From Mobula hypostoma (taxonomy: Eukaryota), in assembly GCF_963921235.1 (NCBI RefSeq), contig NC_086108.1, positions 39,992,001 through 40,056,000 of the forward strand: 64,000 nucleotides of DNA, in the 5' to 3' direction. Of the stretch, positions 48,708 to 61,029 are shown in pieces. Each line of letters opens with the position of its first letter. The stretch's first letter is position 1. A program made the translations under genes and the position numbers. Under the pieces are notes generated by a model. It was given only the letters and a program-made list of their open reading frames with translations. It was not told the DNA's origin and made no database searches.

Positions 48708-49310
48708 GTCAAGTCAAGCTTACAACCATGTGCACATGTAAAGCACATAAGTACGCTAATAAACAGCATTTATATAGTACATAATTTGCTAAAGACAGTT
48801 GAGAAAAAGAAAAAATATATAATGTGCAAAAACATGACACTAGTGCAAGAATCTACACAATCAGAGACGAGTCCATTGTAGTGGAAGAGGTGGTCAGTAG
48901 TGTTTGTTCCATTACTGAGTTTGGGTTAGGTTGTTCAGAATGGTTGCAGGAAAGAACTATTCCTGAAGCTAGTGGCATGGAACTTCAGGCTTTTGCACCC
49001 CCTGGAGGAACTTAGCAGGCCAGGCAACATCTCTGAAAAAGAGTAAACAGTAGACTTTTCGGGCTGAGACCCTCGTCCTATGAAGGGTATCGGTCTGAAA
49101 CATTGACTACCTACTCTTTTCCATAGATGCTGCCTGGCCTGCTGAGTTCCTCCAGCATTTTACGTGTGTTGCTTTGCATTTCCAGCATCTGCAGGTTTTC
49201 TTGTGTTTGTTTTGCACCTCCTGTCTGACGGTAGCAGCGAGAAGGGGGCATGAGCCAGTTGGTGGGGATCCTTAAAGAGACAGCACCACCTGTAGATGCT
49301 GGGAATGGCG
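48708..49310 (-). mobile_element. Rex1/Babar LINE 3' fragment hosting a PLE mini-insertion
   Basis: Tail gtcaagtcaag, then gaacttcaggcttttgcacc[insert]tcctgtctgacggtagcagcgagaag, homologous to 1390-1440. Confidence 0.7.
49003..49209 (+). mobile_element. Fold-back Penelope pLTR mini-insertion (about 207 bp)
   Basis: Inverted arms of about 70 bp (ctggaggaacttagcaggcc... / ...ggcctgctgagttcctccag) around a decayed hammerhead core. TSD TTTTGCACC(C/T)CC at 48991 and 49210. Confidence 0.88.
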
Positions 49311-50088
49311 GGGAGGCCTGTGCATGTGTTGGAAGGTGTGAACTTAAGTACTCTCGTGGTGATCCATCAAAGCTATTGTGAACATGGAGGTTGATGCTGC
49401 CTGTGATATTTTCCACCTCACTGAGAACCACAGTAAAGCAAGGGTACTTAGTGTCAGGGACTACAATGTGATAGAAAACATTGCTGGCTGCCCGTAGTTC
49501 ATTGTGTTCAAATGCTTTCTTGTACCTTAGTGCACCATTCAGCCATGAAAATTACATTAAAACACATTTCCTTTTTTAATATTAACAGCTATGATTTTCA
49601 GGCACTATTATTTTTTTAATTCAACATAAAAACTTGGAACATTATTTTTAAAGTTCTTTCACAATACTTGGTGCTGGGATCTCTCTTCATTCATTGTACA
49701 CTTCATGCAATGTGCAATTTGTTGAGTTGGATCCACTCTTTCAGAATTCACACAGATGTCCAGACCCATTTACTCAGTTCTCTCCTTCGATCACACATGA
49801 AACGTAGCTTGGGTATGCTTTGAAGTGTTTGTGTTAGGTCTCACCCATTGGGAAACTGAATTGGACACTTCTGGTCATGATTCAGCCTAAAGTGGGTGTT
49901 ACTTCCCCTTCAGATTTCACCTGTGTGATGGCCTTGTGAAAGTGTGCAGTGGCAGCTAATTACTCACTTACAGAAATCAGTTCAGCAAGCTGAGGTGTGG
50001 TTGGCCTCTTTCTGGCAGACATTTCCATCCGTATAATCCACGCTCTTCCAGCCTCCCTTCAATCCATTCCTATTTTCACACAATAAAA

Positions 50089-50240
50089 ACAATTTAGAGT
50101 GGCCAATTAACCTACTGACTTGCACACCTTTGGGGTGTGAGTGAAAACTAGATAACGTGCAAACTCCGCAGAGACAGTACTGGAGGACAGGATTCAAATG
50201 AAATCACTGGAGGTGCGTGTCAGCAGTTCTACTATTGTGC
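50089..50240 (-). mobile_element. tRNA-derived SINE fragment
   Basis: caatttagagtggccaattaaccta...acgtgcaaactcc...aggattcaa. Confidence 0.65.
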
Positions 50241-50689
50241 ATTGTTCCCCCTTTGCTTTGCAAATTTTTTAAATAACATGTTACTGCAAGAGTGCATAGA
50301 TATAATATTTGAAAATATATTACAGAAATATAATCTGTGCACAGCACAGTTTCCCAAGCTGTAAGCAGTTTACAAAGTGAGCAGTTCTCAGTCTGGCGGG
50401 CAGAAACTAATCTTTGTAAAGCTGTTCACCAACAAGTGCTTTTTCTCAAAGGTGAAGTCATTAAAGAAGGCTTGCACTGTGCATTTTATTGTAGTGCTTC
50501 AGAATCCTTCCCTCAGCTATATTTTGCTGAAGTACTTGCTTATCTTGAACACTCGACAGTACATGAAACATATTTCAATTTTACAAAACAGTTTTTACAT
50601 GTTCTATCAGTCTGTTGTCGCAATTACAATCCTCTGTGAAGTGGTGTGCTTTCCGAGCTGGCACATGGCTCCAGAAAGCAGGGAGGTCC

Positions 50690-51010
50690 ACAAAGCACTA
50701 TAAAGACTGCATGAAAGCATCCTTGAAGGCATGCAATATCCTTGTGACTGGTTGGGAGGCCTTGGCCAAAGACCGCAACACCCCGCCCGACACCCAACGC
50801 CTAGCAGTCTACAAAGGCACCAGACATTTGAAGAGCAGCGGCTGAAGGAGCTTGATCAAAGGGCCAGGATGGCAAGGAGAGATGACCCAACCTTTCAATG
50901 GTCGTCACGTGCCTGACCTGCTGGCGCAACTGTGCTTCCCAGTTCAGGCTTCTCTCTCATCAGAGGCATCACTGACACCATCGTCATCCCCGATCGACTT
51001 CCAAGGAAAT
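50690..51010 (+). mobile_element. RTE/BovB-clade LINE 3' fragment
   Basis: Translates YKDCMKASLKACNI...WEALAKDR...FEEQRL, resembling the RTE C-terminal region. Confidence 0.65.
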
Positions 51011-51049
51011 GTGCTAGGGCAATGGCCTCAACACGGGTGATGCCAACAG

Positions 51050-51443
51050 GCTCAATAAACTGAATTAAAAGGCTGGCTCTGTTATAGGAGTCAGACTGGA
51101 CACACTGAGCAAAGGACCGATGGAAGATCCTGGCCATTCTAGACAATGTTTCTCACCCTCTGCATGCCACCTTGGCTGAAAAGAGGAGCACTTTCAGTAA
51201 TAGACTAGGACAACTGTGCTGCTCCTAAAGCACTATATTAGGCTATTCTTACATTCGGCCATTAGGCTCTATAATGAGTCAAACTATAGCTGGGGACATG
51301 ATGAATCCTTCCTGTTAGACAGTTTGAGGTAAGTTATTTTTTATTCTTTCTTATTTCTCTTCTAATATTTGTATATCTGCGCGCATGTAATGCTACTGTG
51401 ACACTATAATTTCCTTTGGGATCAATAAAGTATCTATCTAACT
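51050..51443 (+). mobile_element. Rex1/Babar LINE 3' end
   Basis: NKL(I)KKAGSVIG...LAILDNVSHPLH...AIRLYN. Ends gggatcaataaagtatctatcta. Confidence 0.85.
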
Positions 51444-52312
51444 ATAAAACCTTACAAAGGTATCTCCAGTTAATTTATTTTATTATACCTCAAATTGCCA
51501 AAGCTTAAAATTATACATTCATGAGATACTGATTTTATGATATTCATATTTATAGTGTTCTAATATTAATTATTACTATTACTATGTTTACTGGTGCTGT
51601 TTGGTGATTTTAAATGCGATTATGCTACTCTGAAGTAGTTTCATCTTGTCCATGTTATGATGATAAGCTTAATCCCAGGCAATGGAGAACAGAGATAGCG
51701 AATGCACAGAGTGACAAGTGGAAGGTTTTGTATTGGGGCTGTGGCCAATTCCGGCTGCTCCGGGCTTTCTTTGTGTCTATGGGATCTGCAGCGTTTACTC
51801 CACTATATGCTGAACTGAGCCGGAGGCTATGGGCCTGCTCTGGGCATCATATCTGAGGACTCACTTTCATTCTAAAGGCTATTTGCTTACTTTTATTGTT
51901 TGCGCCATTTTTATTTTTTTTCTCTCACTCTGCACATTTGACGGCCTTCTTTTTTAAAGGGTTCTTTTGGGTTTCTTCATTTTGTGGCTGCCTGTAAGAA
52001 GCCAAATCTCAAGGTTGCCTAGTGTATATGTATTTTGATAATAATTATACTTTGAACTTTGAAATTAAATCATTAAATAATAAACTTAAGCAGTTAGCTT
52101 TTTTTTTTAGCAAATTTACCCATAAAGTATTCTGGGACTCTTATTACATGATGTACATTTTGCACCTCATGGATGTAGACCAAATATAACATTAGGAGAT
52201 TTAAAATGGAAATAGTAATATGCTTAATTGTATACAGCACAAAGACAAAAGAACAGTGGTCTAATTATCGTTGTATAGATTTTTTAGTAATCGACAACTC
52301 AATTTGTATCCT

Positions 52313-52588
52313 TTCTTTTTCAATCTTTTTATTAATTTCAAAATATAGAAACAAAACATAGCAATAATACAAATAGTAGGAGATATATTGTTACACTTAA
52401 AAAAAGTAATTGCCAAACCAAGTAGTGTAAATTAACAAAGCTCCCAACCATGTAGAACTAACCACGGATAATACAAAGCAAAAAAAAAACTGGAAAAAAA
52501 ATCATGAAAAAGAAAAAAAAACAAAACAAAAAAAAAAGCAAACCCCATCCCCAAAGAAAAACAAAATTAATCAACTAAACTAAAAGAC
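52313..52588 (-). mobile_element. 5'-truncated polyA retroposon end (L1/Tx1-like 3' UTR)
   Basis: Exact 9-bp TSD TTGTATCCT (52304-52312, 52589-52597). The minus strand has AATAAA plus an A-rich tail, and a T-rich body. Confidence 0.75.
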
Positions 52589-53349
52589 TTGTATCCTGAT
52601 GATGTGAACGGGTCTTTAGGATATAAAAAGCAAACATCACGATGTGTTCATAATCAGCTTGATACAAGGCTGTTGAAATGAACTGTTTACATGTGCTCAA
52701 CTTCTTAGGCAAGAGTTAAATGGGAATACCAGAATCTCTCCTTCAGCCGGACCAGCCAGGGTTTATTGACTAGAAGCTGAAACTGGAGGCAGGGAGAACA
52801 TGGTTAGCGGTGATGAGGTGGATGTGGGTGATGATCCTGCTGTCATTTCAGACCTGACCCTGAATCTCAGACCCTCACCCCTGCCTTCGGCTCTCAGCCT
52901 CAAACTGGAGCTGTCAGACTGCCTTCTGCCGTCAAGACCCAACCCAAGGCCTCAGCTATGAATTTTGACCTGGCCTGAACCAACTGCCAGTGAATATAAC
53001 ATACTGGAGACAACGTGTGTGCTGTTTCTTGCAGTTCATGCAGCTCCCTCTACATTAAATCATGCACTTGACAAACGTGTGCCAAGCTCACAGCATAAGT
53101 GAATTGCCATTACTGTTTTCACAAAAAATCCACGTGAAAGCATTAACCCACATAAAATTATGCACCTTCATAATTAATGTGATGTAATATTAAGGGTGTG
53201 TGCTCCTGAACTGTGACCTTACACTTCAGCTGTGCTGTGGGAAGCACTTCTGAACTTTATTCACAAGAATTGTACAATGTTATATGGGTTGAGTGTCACT
53301 GTGTTAATGTTATGTACCCAAAAAGATTGTGATTAAGCTGCCTTTTGAT

Positions 53350-53955
53350 CAGACAAACCAGGGCAGGATTTATAGAGCAAATGGTAGGGCCCTGGGGAGT
53401 GTCATGGAACAGAGAGAACTAGGGGTGCAGGGGTAACAAAGCTGGATGGAGTGGGAAGTACACTTGCCTTCAATAGTCGAGATTGAGTACAAAACTTGGG
53501 ATGTCATATTACAGCTATTCAAGATATTTAAAGGCCATATTTAATGTACTGTATCCATTTTGGTCACCCTGCTACAGAAAAGACATCATTGAACTGGAAA
53601 GGGTACCAAAAATAATTTACAAGGATGTTACTGGAACTTGAGGGTTTGAGTTATAAGTAGGAACTGAATAGACTAAGAATGTTCTTCTCTGCAGTGTAGG
53701 AGGCTGAGGGGTGACATTATGGTCGTTTGTAGCATCATGAGGAGCATAAATATGTTGAGTGGTCTTCTCCCCAGGGTAACGGAAAGCATAGGTTTAAAGT
53801 GAAAGCAGGAAGATTTAAAAGGGACTTGAGGGTCAACTTTTCTCATACAGAGAGTCAGAGGAAGGGGTGGACCAACTGCAATATCTAAAATACATTTGGA
53901 CAGGTATGGGAATATGAAAGATTTCGAAGGAACTGGGCCAAATACAAATGGCAAC
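53350..53955 (+). mobile_element. Old CR1 3' fragment
   Basis: RPYLMYCIHFWSPCYRKDIIELERVPK..TRML-like sequence at about 53530-53640. Confidence 0.8.
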
Positions 53956-54149
53956 ATCTCCTCCACAATCTCCATCCGCACCACAAGGCACCTGTGTTTT
54001 GCTCTCTTTCTCCCTGCGCAGTGGTTTTTGGTCTTTTGTTGGAATATTTGGGTCTCTTTCTTTGTGGCTGCCTGTAAGCAGACAAATTTCAAGGTGTATA
54101 ATTTAGACATTCTTCAATATTAAACGTGCTTTGAATCTTTGACCCTTTG

Positions 54150-55166
54150 AGACTCTGTGCTTAGCCCCCTTGCTCTACTCACTTCATACTTACGGCTGTG
54201 AGGCAAAGCATAGCTCCATTGCAATATTTGAGGTTACTGGTGACACCACTGCTGTTGGCCAAATCAAAGGTGGCGAGGAATCAGCATATAGGAAGGAGAT
54301 TAAAAATCTGGCTGAATGGTACCACAACATCATCCTCTAAGGAGGAGGAAACCAGAAGCCTTTGAGCCAGTCCTCATCAGGGGATCAGAGGTGGAGAGGG
54401 TCAGCAACGTTAAATTCTTTGGTGTTATCATTTCAGAGGATCTGTCCTGAGCTCAGCACTTAAGTGTAATTATGAAGAAAGCACGGCAGCACCTCTACTT
54501 CCTTGGAAGTTTGCGTAAGTTTGGCATAACATGTAAAACTTCAACAAACCTCTATAGATGTGTGGTGGAGAGTATATTGACTGGTTGCGTCTTGGCCTGT
54601 GATGGAAGCACCAACGCTCTTGAATGGAGAATCCTACAAAATATAGTGGATACGGTTCAGTCCAGGACAAGTAAAGCCCTCCCTATTGCTTAACATATCT
54701 ACATGGAGCGCTGTCGTAGAAAAGCAGCAGCCATCATCAAGGATCTCCCCCACCCCCACCCAGGCCATCATGCTTTCTTTGTGCTGTTCCCATCGGGAGC
54801 AGGCACGGGAGCCTTGGGACCCACACTACTGGCTTCAGGAATGACTATCCCTCAACCATCAGGTTCTTGAACCTGGGGGATAACTTCACTCAATATCACT
54901 CGTCTCATCACTGAACCCTTCCCACCACCTATGGACTCACCTTTAAGGACTCTTCATCTCATGTTCTTGAGATTTATCATTCTCTTTTGCATTTTCACAG
55001 TCAGTGTCTTTTGCACATTGGTTGTTTTTACATCCTGTTGGGTGCGGTCTTTCGTTGATTCTATTGCATTTCTTTGATTTACCGATAATGCCCCTGAGGC
55101 AATGAATCTCAGGGTTGCAAATGGTGACATGTGTACTTTGATAATAAATTTACTTTGAACTTTGAA
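54150..55166 (+). mobile_element. Rex1/Babar LINE RT 3' half and UTR
   Basis: VLSPLLYSL, KKARQHLYFLGSLRKFG, YRCVVESILTGC, and the tail ataaatttactttgaactttgaa. Confidence 0.9.
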
Positions 55167-55324
55167 ATGTAGGCAAATGGAACTAGCTCAGTTAGGTAAC
55201 TAGATTGACATGGACAAGTTGGATGAAGAGCATACTTCCTGTGCCGTGTTGCTCTCTAACTTTAGGTGTGCATTTAATGACAGCCACCTTGTTTTGGACA
55301 ACACAGAGATGTAAACCATTACCC

Positions 55325-55833
55325 TTTACAGGGAGTACAAAGAAGGTTCACCAGATTGATTCCTGGGATGGCGGGACTTTCATATGATGAAAGACTGGAT
55401 CGACTAGGCTTATACTCTCTGGAATTTAGAAGATTGAGGGGGGATCTGATTGAAACGTATAAAATTCTAAAGGGATTGGACAGGCTAGATGCAGGAAGAT
55501 TGTTCCCGATGTTGGGGAAGTCCAGAACGAGGGTCACAGTTTGAGGATAAAGGGGAAGCCTTTTAGGACCGAGATGAGGAAAAACTTCCTCACACGGAGA
55601 GTGGTGAATCTGTGGAATTCGCTGCCACAGGAAACAGTTGAGGCCAGTTCATTGGCTATGTTTAAGAGGGAGTTAGATATGGCCCTTATGGCTAAAGGGA
55701 TCAGGGGGTATGGAGAGATGGCAGGTATAGGGTTTTAAGTTGGATGATCAACCATGATCATACTGAACGGCGGTGCAGGTTCGAAGGGCCGAATGGCCTA
55801 CTCCTGCACCTATTTTCTATGTTTCTATGTTTC
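55325..55833 (+). mobile_element. Young 5'-truncated CR1 LINE
   Basis: VQRRFTRLIPGMAGLSYDERLDRLGLYSLEFRRLRGDLIETYKI, a (TTTCTATG)n tail, and TSD TTACCC (55319-55324, 55834-55839). Confidence 0.93.
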
Positions 55834-56647
55834 TTACCCAAAATAAAAAAACCAAAACTGCGATAAAGAAAGGAATACTGAGAGAGTGAACCAGGACTTG
55901 GGTAAAGGGTAGTCTATGAGGACGTTCTTTAAGAAGGAGAATGGGGTGCAAAGGTGTATAGAGGGGATTTCAGAGCCCAGAGCCCTGTAAGCTGAGACAT
56001 GGTTGGAAATTGGGGGAGCATAGAAAGCTTAAAGGATCATAATGCTAAATGGAGGGCACAGAAATGGAAAGGGAGAAGACAGTTTGAACATTGGAGTGAC
56101 AAATTGAAAATGGAATGGATGGCTTCGGCATCAGCAGCTGGTACGTGAGCAATCATAGGAGAGATAGATGAATGAGACCTTGTGAGAATTAAAATCAGAG
56201 AAAAGGAGCTGAAGTTGATAGAGGACAAATGGTGGAAGGTCTCCTGAAGACCATTGGAATGGCCCAGGCTGAAAGCAATAGAGACTTAATTCAAGTTGTC
56301 AAGGTAGTGAACATGTCCAGTTTAGTTTAAAAGGGAATGGAGATGTAAGGAAGTAGAAGCTGTAGTGTTGAACATAATGGATTACAATTTCTCAGGGTAT
56401 AAATGGAATGAATTACTATTTTGGAGTGCATGTCTAACAACTGGTACAACAACTCAGACACAGAGGATCAGGTTGTGGTGAGACAAAATGTGGATTGATC
56501 CTACAGATTTAAGTATGTATCCCTACACAAGGCTCCTTCATATCCAGGTCAACTCTGACAGAAATACAGAGATCAGTATGTTTATTTGTACCGCTGCATT
56601 CAAGGTGATACCATTGGCAAACACAGTCTCATAAGAGTTAATCCAAT

Positions 56648-59510
56648 CACAAACAAGAGAAAATCTGCAGATGCTAGAAATCCAAGCAACTCATACAAAT
56701 TGCTGGAGGAACTCAGCAGGCCAGGCAGTATCTATGGAAAAGAGTAGAGTCAATGTTTCGCGCCAAGACCCTTCAATAGGACTGGAGGAAAAAAGATGAC
56801 GAGTAAATGCAAAATGTGGGGGGAGGTAAGGGAGAAACACAAGGTGATGGGTGAAACCAGGAGGGGGAGGGGTGAAGTAAAGAGGTGGGATTTTAATTGG
56901 TGAAAGAGATACTGGGTTGGAGAAGGTGGGGGGGGGGAATATAATAGGAGAGGACAGAAGGCCATGGAAGAAAGAAGAGTGGGGAGGAGCACCAGAAAGA
57001 GGCAATGAGCAGACAAGGAGATAAGGTGAGAGAGGGAAAAGGGGATGGGGAATGGTGAAGGAGAGGGGGGGATGGGGCATTACCAGAAAGTTCGAGAAAT
57101 TGATGTTCATGCCATCAGGTTGGAGGCTACCCAGATGGAATATAAGGTGTTTTTCCTCCAACCTGAGTGAGGCTTCATCATGGCAGTAGAAGAGGCCATG
57201 GATAGCGATATCAGAATGGGAATGGGAAGTGGAATTAAAATGGGTGGCCACTGGGAGATCCCAGTTGTTCTGGTGGTAGATGCTCAGTGAAGCGGTCTCC
57301 CAATCTACGTCGGGTCCCACCGATAAACAGGAGGCCACACCGGGAGCATCAGACACAGTAAATGACCCCAACAGACTCACAGGTGAATTGTCACCTCACC
57401 TGGCAGGACTGTTTAGGGCCCTGAATGATGGTGTAGGGGGAAGTGTAGCACACTTGTTCGGCTTGCAAAGGTAAGTGCCAGGTGGGAGATCAGTGCAGAG
57501 GGACAAATGGACAAGGGAGTTGTGTAGGGAGTGATCCCTGGTGGAAAGAATAAAGTGAGAGGGAGGGAAAGAGGTGCTTGGTGGAGATGGCGGAAGTTAC
57601 AGAGAATTATGTGCTGTATGTGGAGACTGGTGGGGTGGTAGGTGAGGACAAGAAGAACCCTATCCTGGTAAGGTGGCAGGAGGATGCGGTGAGGGCAGAT
57701 GTGCATGAAATGGAAGAGATGTGGTTGAGAGCAGCGTTGATGGTGGAGAAAGGGAAGCCCCTTACTTTGAAAAAGGAAGACATCTCCTGCCTTTTGGAAT
57801 GAATAGCCTCATTCTGAGAGTAGATGCGGTGGAGACAGAGGAGTGGAGAGAAGAGGATGGTGTTTTTACAAGTAACAGGTTGGGAAGAGGTATAGACCAG
57901 GTAGCTGTGAAAGCCCATGGGTTTATAATAGACATCAGTAGATAAGCGGTCTCCTGAGACAGAGACAGAGAGAGATCAAGGAAGAGGAGGGAGGTGTCAG
58001 AAATGGACCAGGTAAATTTGAGGGCAGGGTGGAAGTTGGAGGCGAAGTTGATGAAGTCGATGAGCTCTGTATGGGTGCAGGAAGCAGCACCAATGCAGTT
58101 GTTGATGTAGCATAGGAAAAGTGGGAGACAAACACCAGAGACAGACACAGACTTGGAATATAGACCGTTCCATGCAGCTGACAAAAAGGCAGACACAGCT
58201 GGGACCCATGCGAGTGCCCATGGCTACACCTTTCGTTTGAAGGAAGTGGGAGGAGCCAAAGCAGAAATTATTTAGAATGAGGACAAGTTCCACTAGGTGA
58301 AGGAGAGTGGTAGTGAAGGGGAACTGGTTGGGTCTGGTGATCCAAAAGAAACGGAGAGCTTTAAGGCCTTCCTGGTGTGGTTGGAGGTGTATAAGGACTG
58401 GACATAAGTTAGACAAGCATATTTGTGGATCTTGAGTAGGAGGTAGAAATGGGAGGTGTGGGGCACGGGAACTATGAGGTAGGTGGCAGTGGATAGGAGA
58501 TCCTCAGAGCTAATAAGGTCAGTGATGGTGTGGGAGACAATGGCCTGGTGCTCCTTAGTAGGGTCCTGTTTAAGTAAGAGGAGGTGTCTGAGAGTTATTG
58601 CTGGGCCTCAGCAAGGTAGAGTTCATTATGCCAGACTACTACAGCACCCCCCCCCCACCGCTTATCTGCGGGTTTGATGATGAGGTTAGGGTTACTGCCA
58701 AGGGAGTGGAGAGCACAGCATCCAAAAGGAATGAGGTTGGGATTGGAGAGAGGAGTGCTGAAGTTGAGATGGTTGATGTCCCGTCAGCAATCGGCAATGA
58801 AAAAGTCCAAAGCAGACAGAATACCTGAGCGGGGTGTCCAGGAAAAGGAGGAGGGTTAAAGGTGTCATCAGTGCGGGGTGGTGAGTCCTTGCCAAAGAAA
58901 TAGTCTTGGAGACGGAGGTGGAGGAGGAAGAGCTCAGCGTTGTGGTGGGCGTGGAACTCGCTGTGGTGTGGGCACAGGGGAACAATGGTGAGGACCTTAC
59001 TAAGGACAGAACGTTTTGTCTCAGAGAGGGGCAGCTCAGAGGGAATAGTGAAAATCTGGCTTGGGTGAGAGCTGGGATCAGAGGAGGAAGAGAGTTGGAA
59101 GTGTCTGAGAAGAAGGGAGGTTTGGGGTGTCAGGGAAGGTGGGGCGAGAGGAAGATAGAGTCTCCGAGGACCCAAGAGCTGATGGTGGGACAGGATTGAA
59201 GGATGACGGTGGGGGAAGGGGAGGCGGGTGTTCCAAAGGCAGTGCATGAAGACCCGGCCTGGAGGTCAAGGCTCTGGAGTCAGAGTTGGAGGTTGAGCAA
59301 TCGGCACCTTGAAGGGGTCCGAGGTCGTTGGAACCCACATTGATTGCGGTGGAGTCCGGGTTTTGAATCTGCTCTGGATAGTTAGAACCACTGAGGATCG
59401 CGGTATTTTGTGTGTGCTGCTCATAAGAGTTAAACCTGATGAAGTGAGGTACAGTTTGACTTAGTGAAAACTTGACAGCTATCTGGCTTTGCAAATATTT
59501 CCACAATCAT
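56648..59510 (-). mobile_element. Second Penelope-like (Neptune) element, older and heavily frameshifted
   Basis: Collinear with 24160-26914: HQEGLKALRFF, QTKGVAMGTRMGPS, FASNFHPALKFTWSISDT, LRLEEKHLIFHLGSLQPDGMN. Its pLTR has a decayed hammerhead at about 56748-56784. Confidence 0.92.
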
Positions 59511-59913
59511 TTCAGCAAAGTTTCTGCTATCCTTGTGTAAGAGGTTGGCTTGTCTCCCTTGCTTACTGTCAAGGAGCCAACAAATTATCTCTGGCAATTA
59601 TGAAGCTAGTTCTGTAGTTGCAGTTGTTGGAACCTGGCATCAATATCCTACTGGATCCCCGGAAGCGCCAAAGACAGATGGAGGAAGAGAATTTTACTGC
59701 CTCCAGGCAAGAGACAAGTATTGTTGATGATTTTCTGCTGGCTTCATCTCACCCCACTGATCTGAGTGAATGTGAACTCCCATTGAAAACACGTAATGTG
59801 AAGTTGAATGTGCCTTGTGTCTGTCTGAAGTTTGTACCACTACATGCCTTAGATATAATGGTGGAATGTAGTTAAATTTGAGCAAGAAGTTATGTGTAAG
59901 TAGTGATCCTTTA

Positions 59914-60260
59914 AGGTGGTGTGGTGGTGCAGCTGATGGAGCTGCTCTCTCATGGTACCAGAGACCTGGATTCAGTCCCAACCTTGGGGACTGTCTTTGT
60001 GGAGTTTGCACTTTCTTCCTCGTGACCGTGTGGCTTCCCTCTCGTTCCTCCCACGTCCCAAAGCTGCATGGGTCGGGAAGTTAGTCAGCTATTGTAAATT
60101 GCCCCTTTATATGTGGGTGAGGGGCAGAATCAGGGAAGGGGATAGAGATTGATGTGAATATGAGACAGTTTTAAAAAAATGAGATTAGTGCAAGCTGAGC
60201 GTTGATGGTCACTGCGAACCTCAGTACCAAAGGACCTGTTTTTGTGCTGTATGACCTGAT
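59914..60260 (+). mobile_element. tRNA-derived SINE (HE1/V-SINE-like)
   Basis: ggtggtgcagctgatggag (A box), ggattcagtcc (B box), gtggagtttgcac..gtgaccgtgtgg (V-domain-like) and a CR1-like tail. Confidence 0.75.
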
Positions 60261-61029
60261 GAGAAATAATCAGGAAGATTCCAATTGAGCTGTTAATTTA
60301 TTATTAATTGACTATGATTTTTTTTCAAAGAAGATCGATTTTGACTTGCAGAAGACCTGCAAAAACTGGCCTCAAAAAGGCAGCATCCATCATTAAGGAC
60401 TCCCACCACCCAAGACATGCACTTTTCTCACTGCTACTATCAAGGAGGGAATAGTAAATTTGGATTGTATGATACACAAAGCAGAGTTCAATGACTGTGA
60501 GGTCATTAATTCCTTGGTGCATTCTATTTCTACCCTCAGAGCTTGTCTTTGCTTATTGATCCCCCAACATACAAATCTTTGAACTGCTTGTCCCAATTTG
60601 ATAGAAGATCCTCCTAGCTTTGAATGCATTTCTCCCCCTCTTTATCACCAAAACTCCCAGCACAACAGCCGAGTCTGGGTCACCGTTTCTCATATTGAAA
60701 AGGTTTTGCAGCACAGAATGAGCTGCAAGTTCCTAACAGCAGTTTACAAAGTATCACAAAGTATTTCCCCTTTAGGGGGTGCAGACTGGCTTACTGTGAT
60801 TCAGTATTGACGTATGGTGAGCACTGACTTTATGTGGTACCGTTGGAACTTAGTGGAAAGTACGATGCCGGTACATTGAAAGTGTGATTGCAGTAAATCA
60901 CTCATCACCATCCAAGGGTTCATCCAGATGGTTATCTTCATGACCTCTTTCCTAAAATGTGCTAGGATGGGGAATTATTGATCTGGGATTTTGAGGAATC
61001 GGAATGAAGAGGAAAATTGCCTTTGGAAA

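Noticed and set aside
52595..52667. C/D-box snoRNA (TGATGA within a terminal stem)
   Set aside because: There is no CTGA D box next to the 3' stem on the same strand.
55860..56400. Purine-rich tract, possibly a very old L2 LINE (similar at 46740-47040 and 29990-30500)
   Set aside because: Too degraded to support a call from motifs alone.
59914..59990. tRNA gene
   Set aside because: The degenerate A/B boxes continue into a SINE body and LINE-like tail, and no cloverleaf can be formed.
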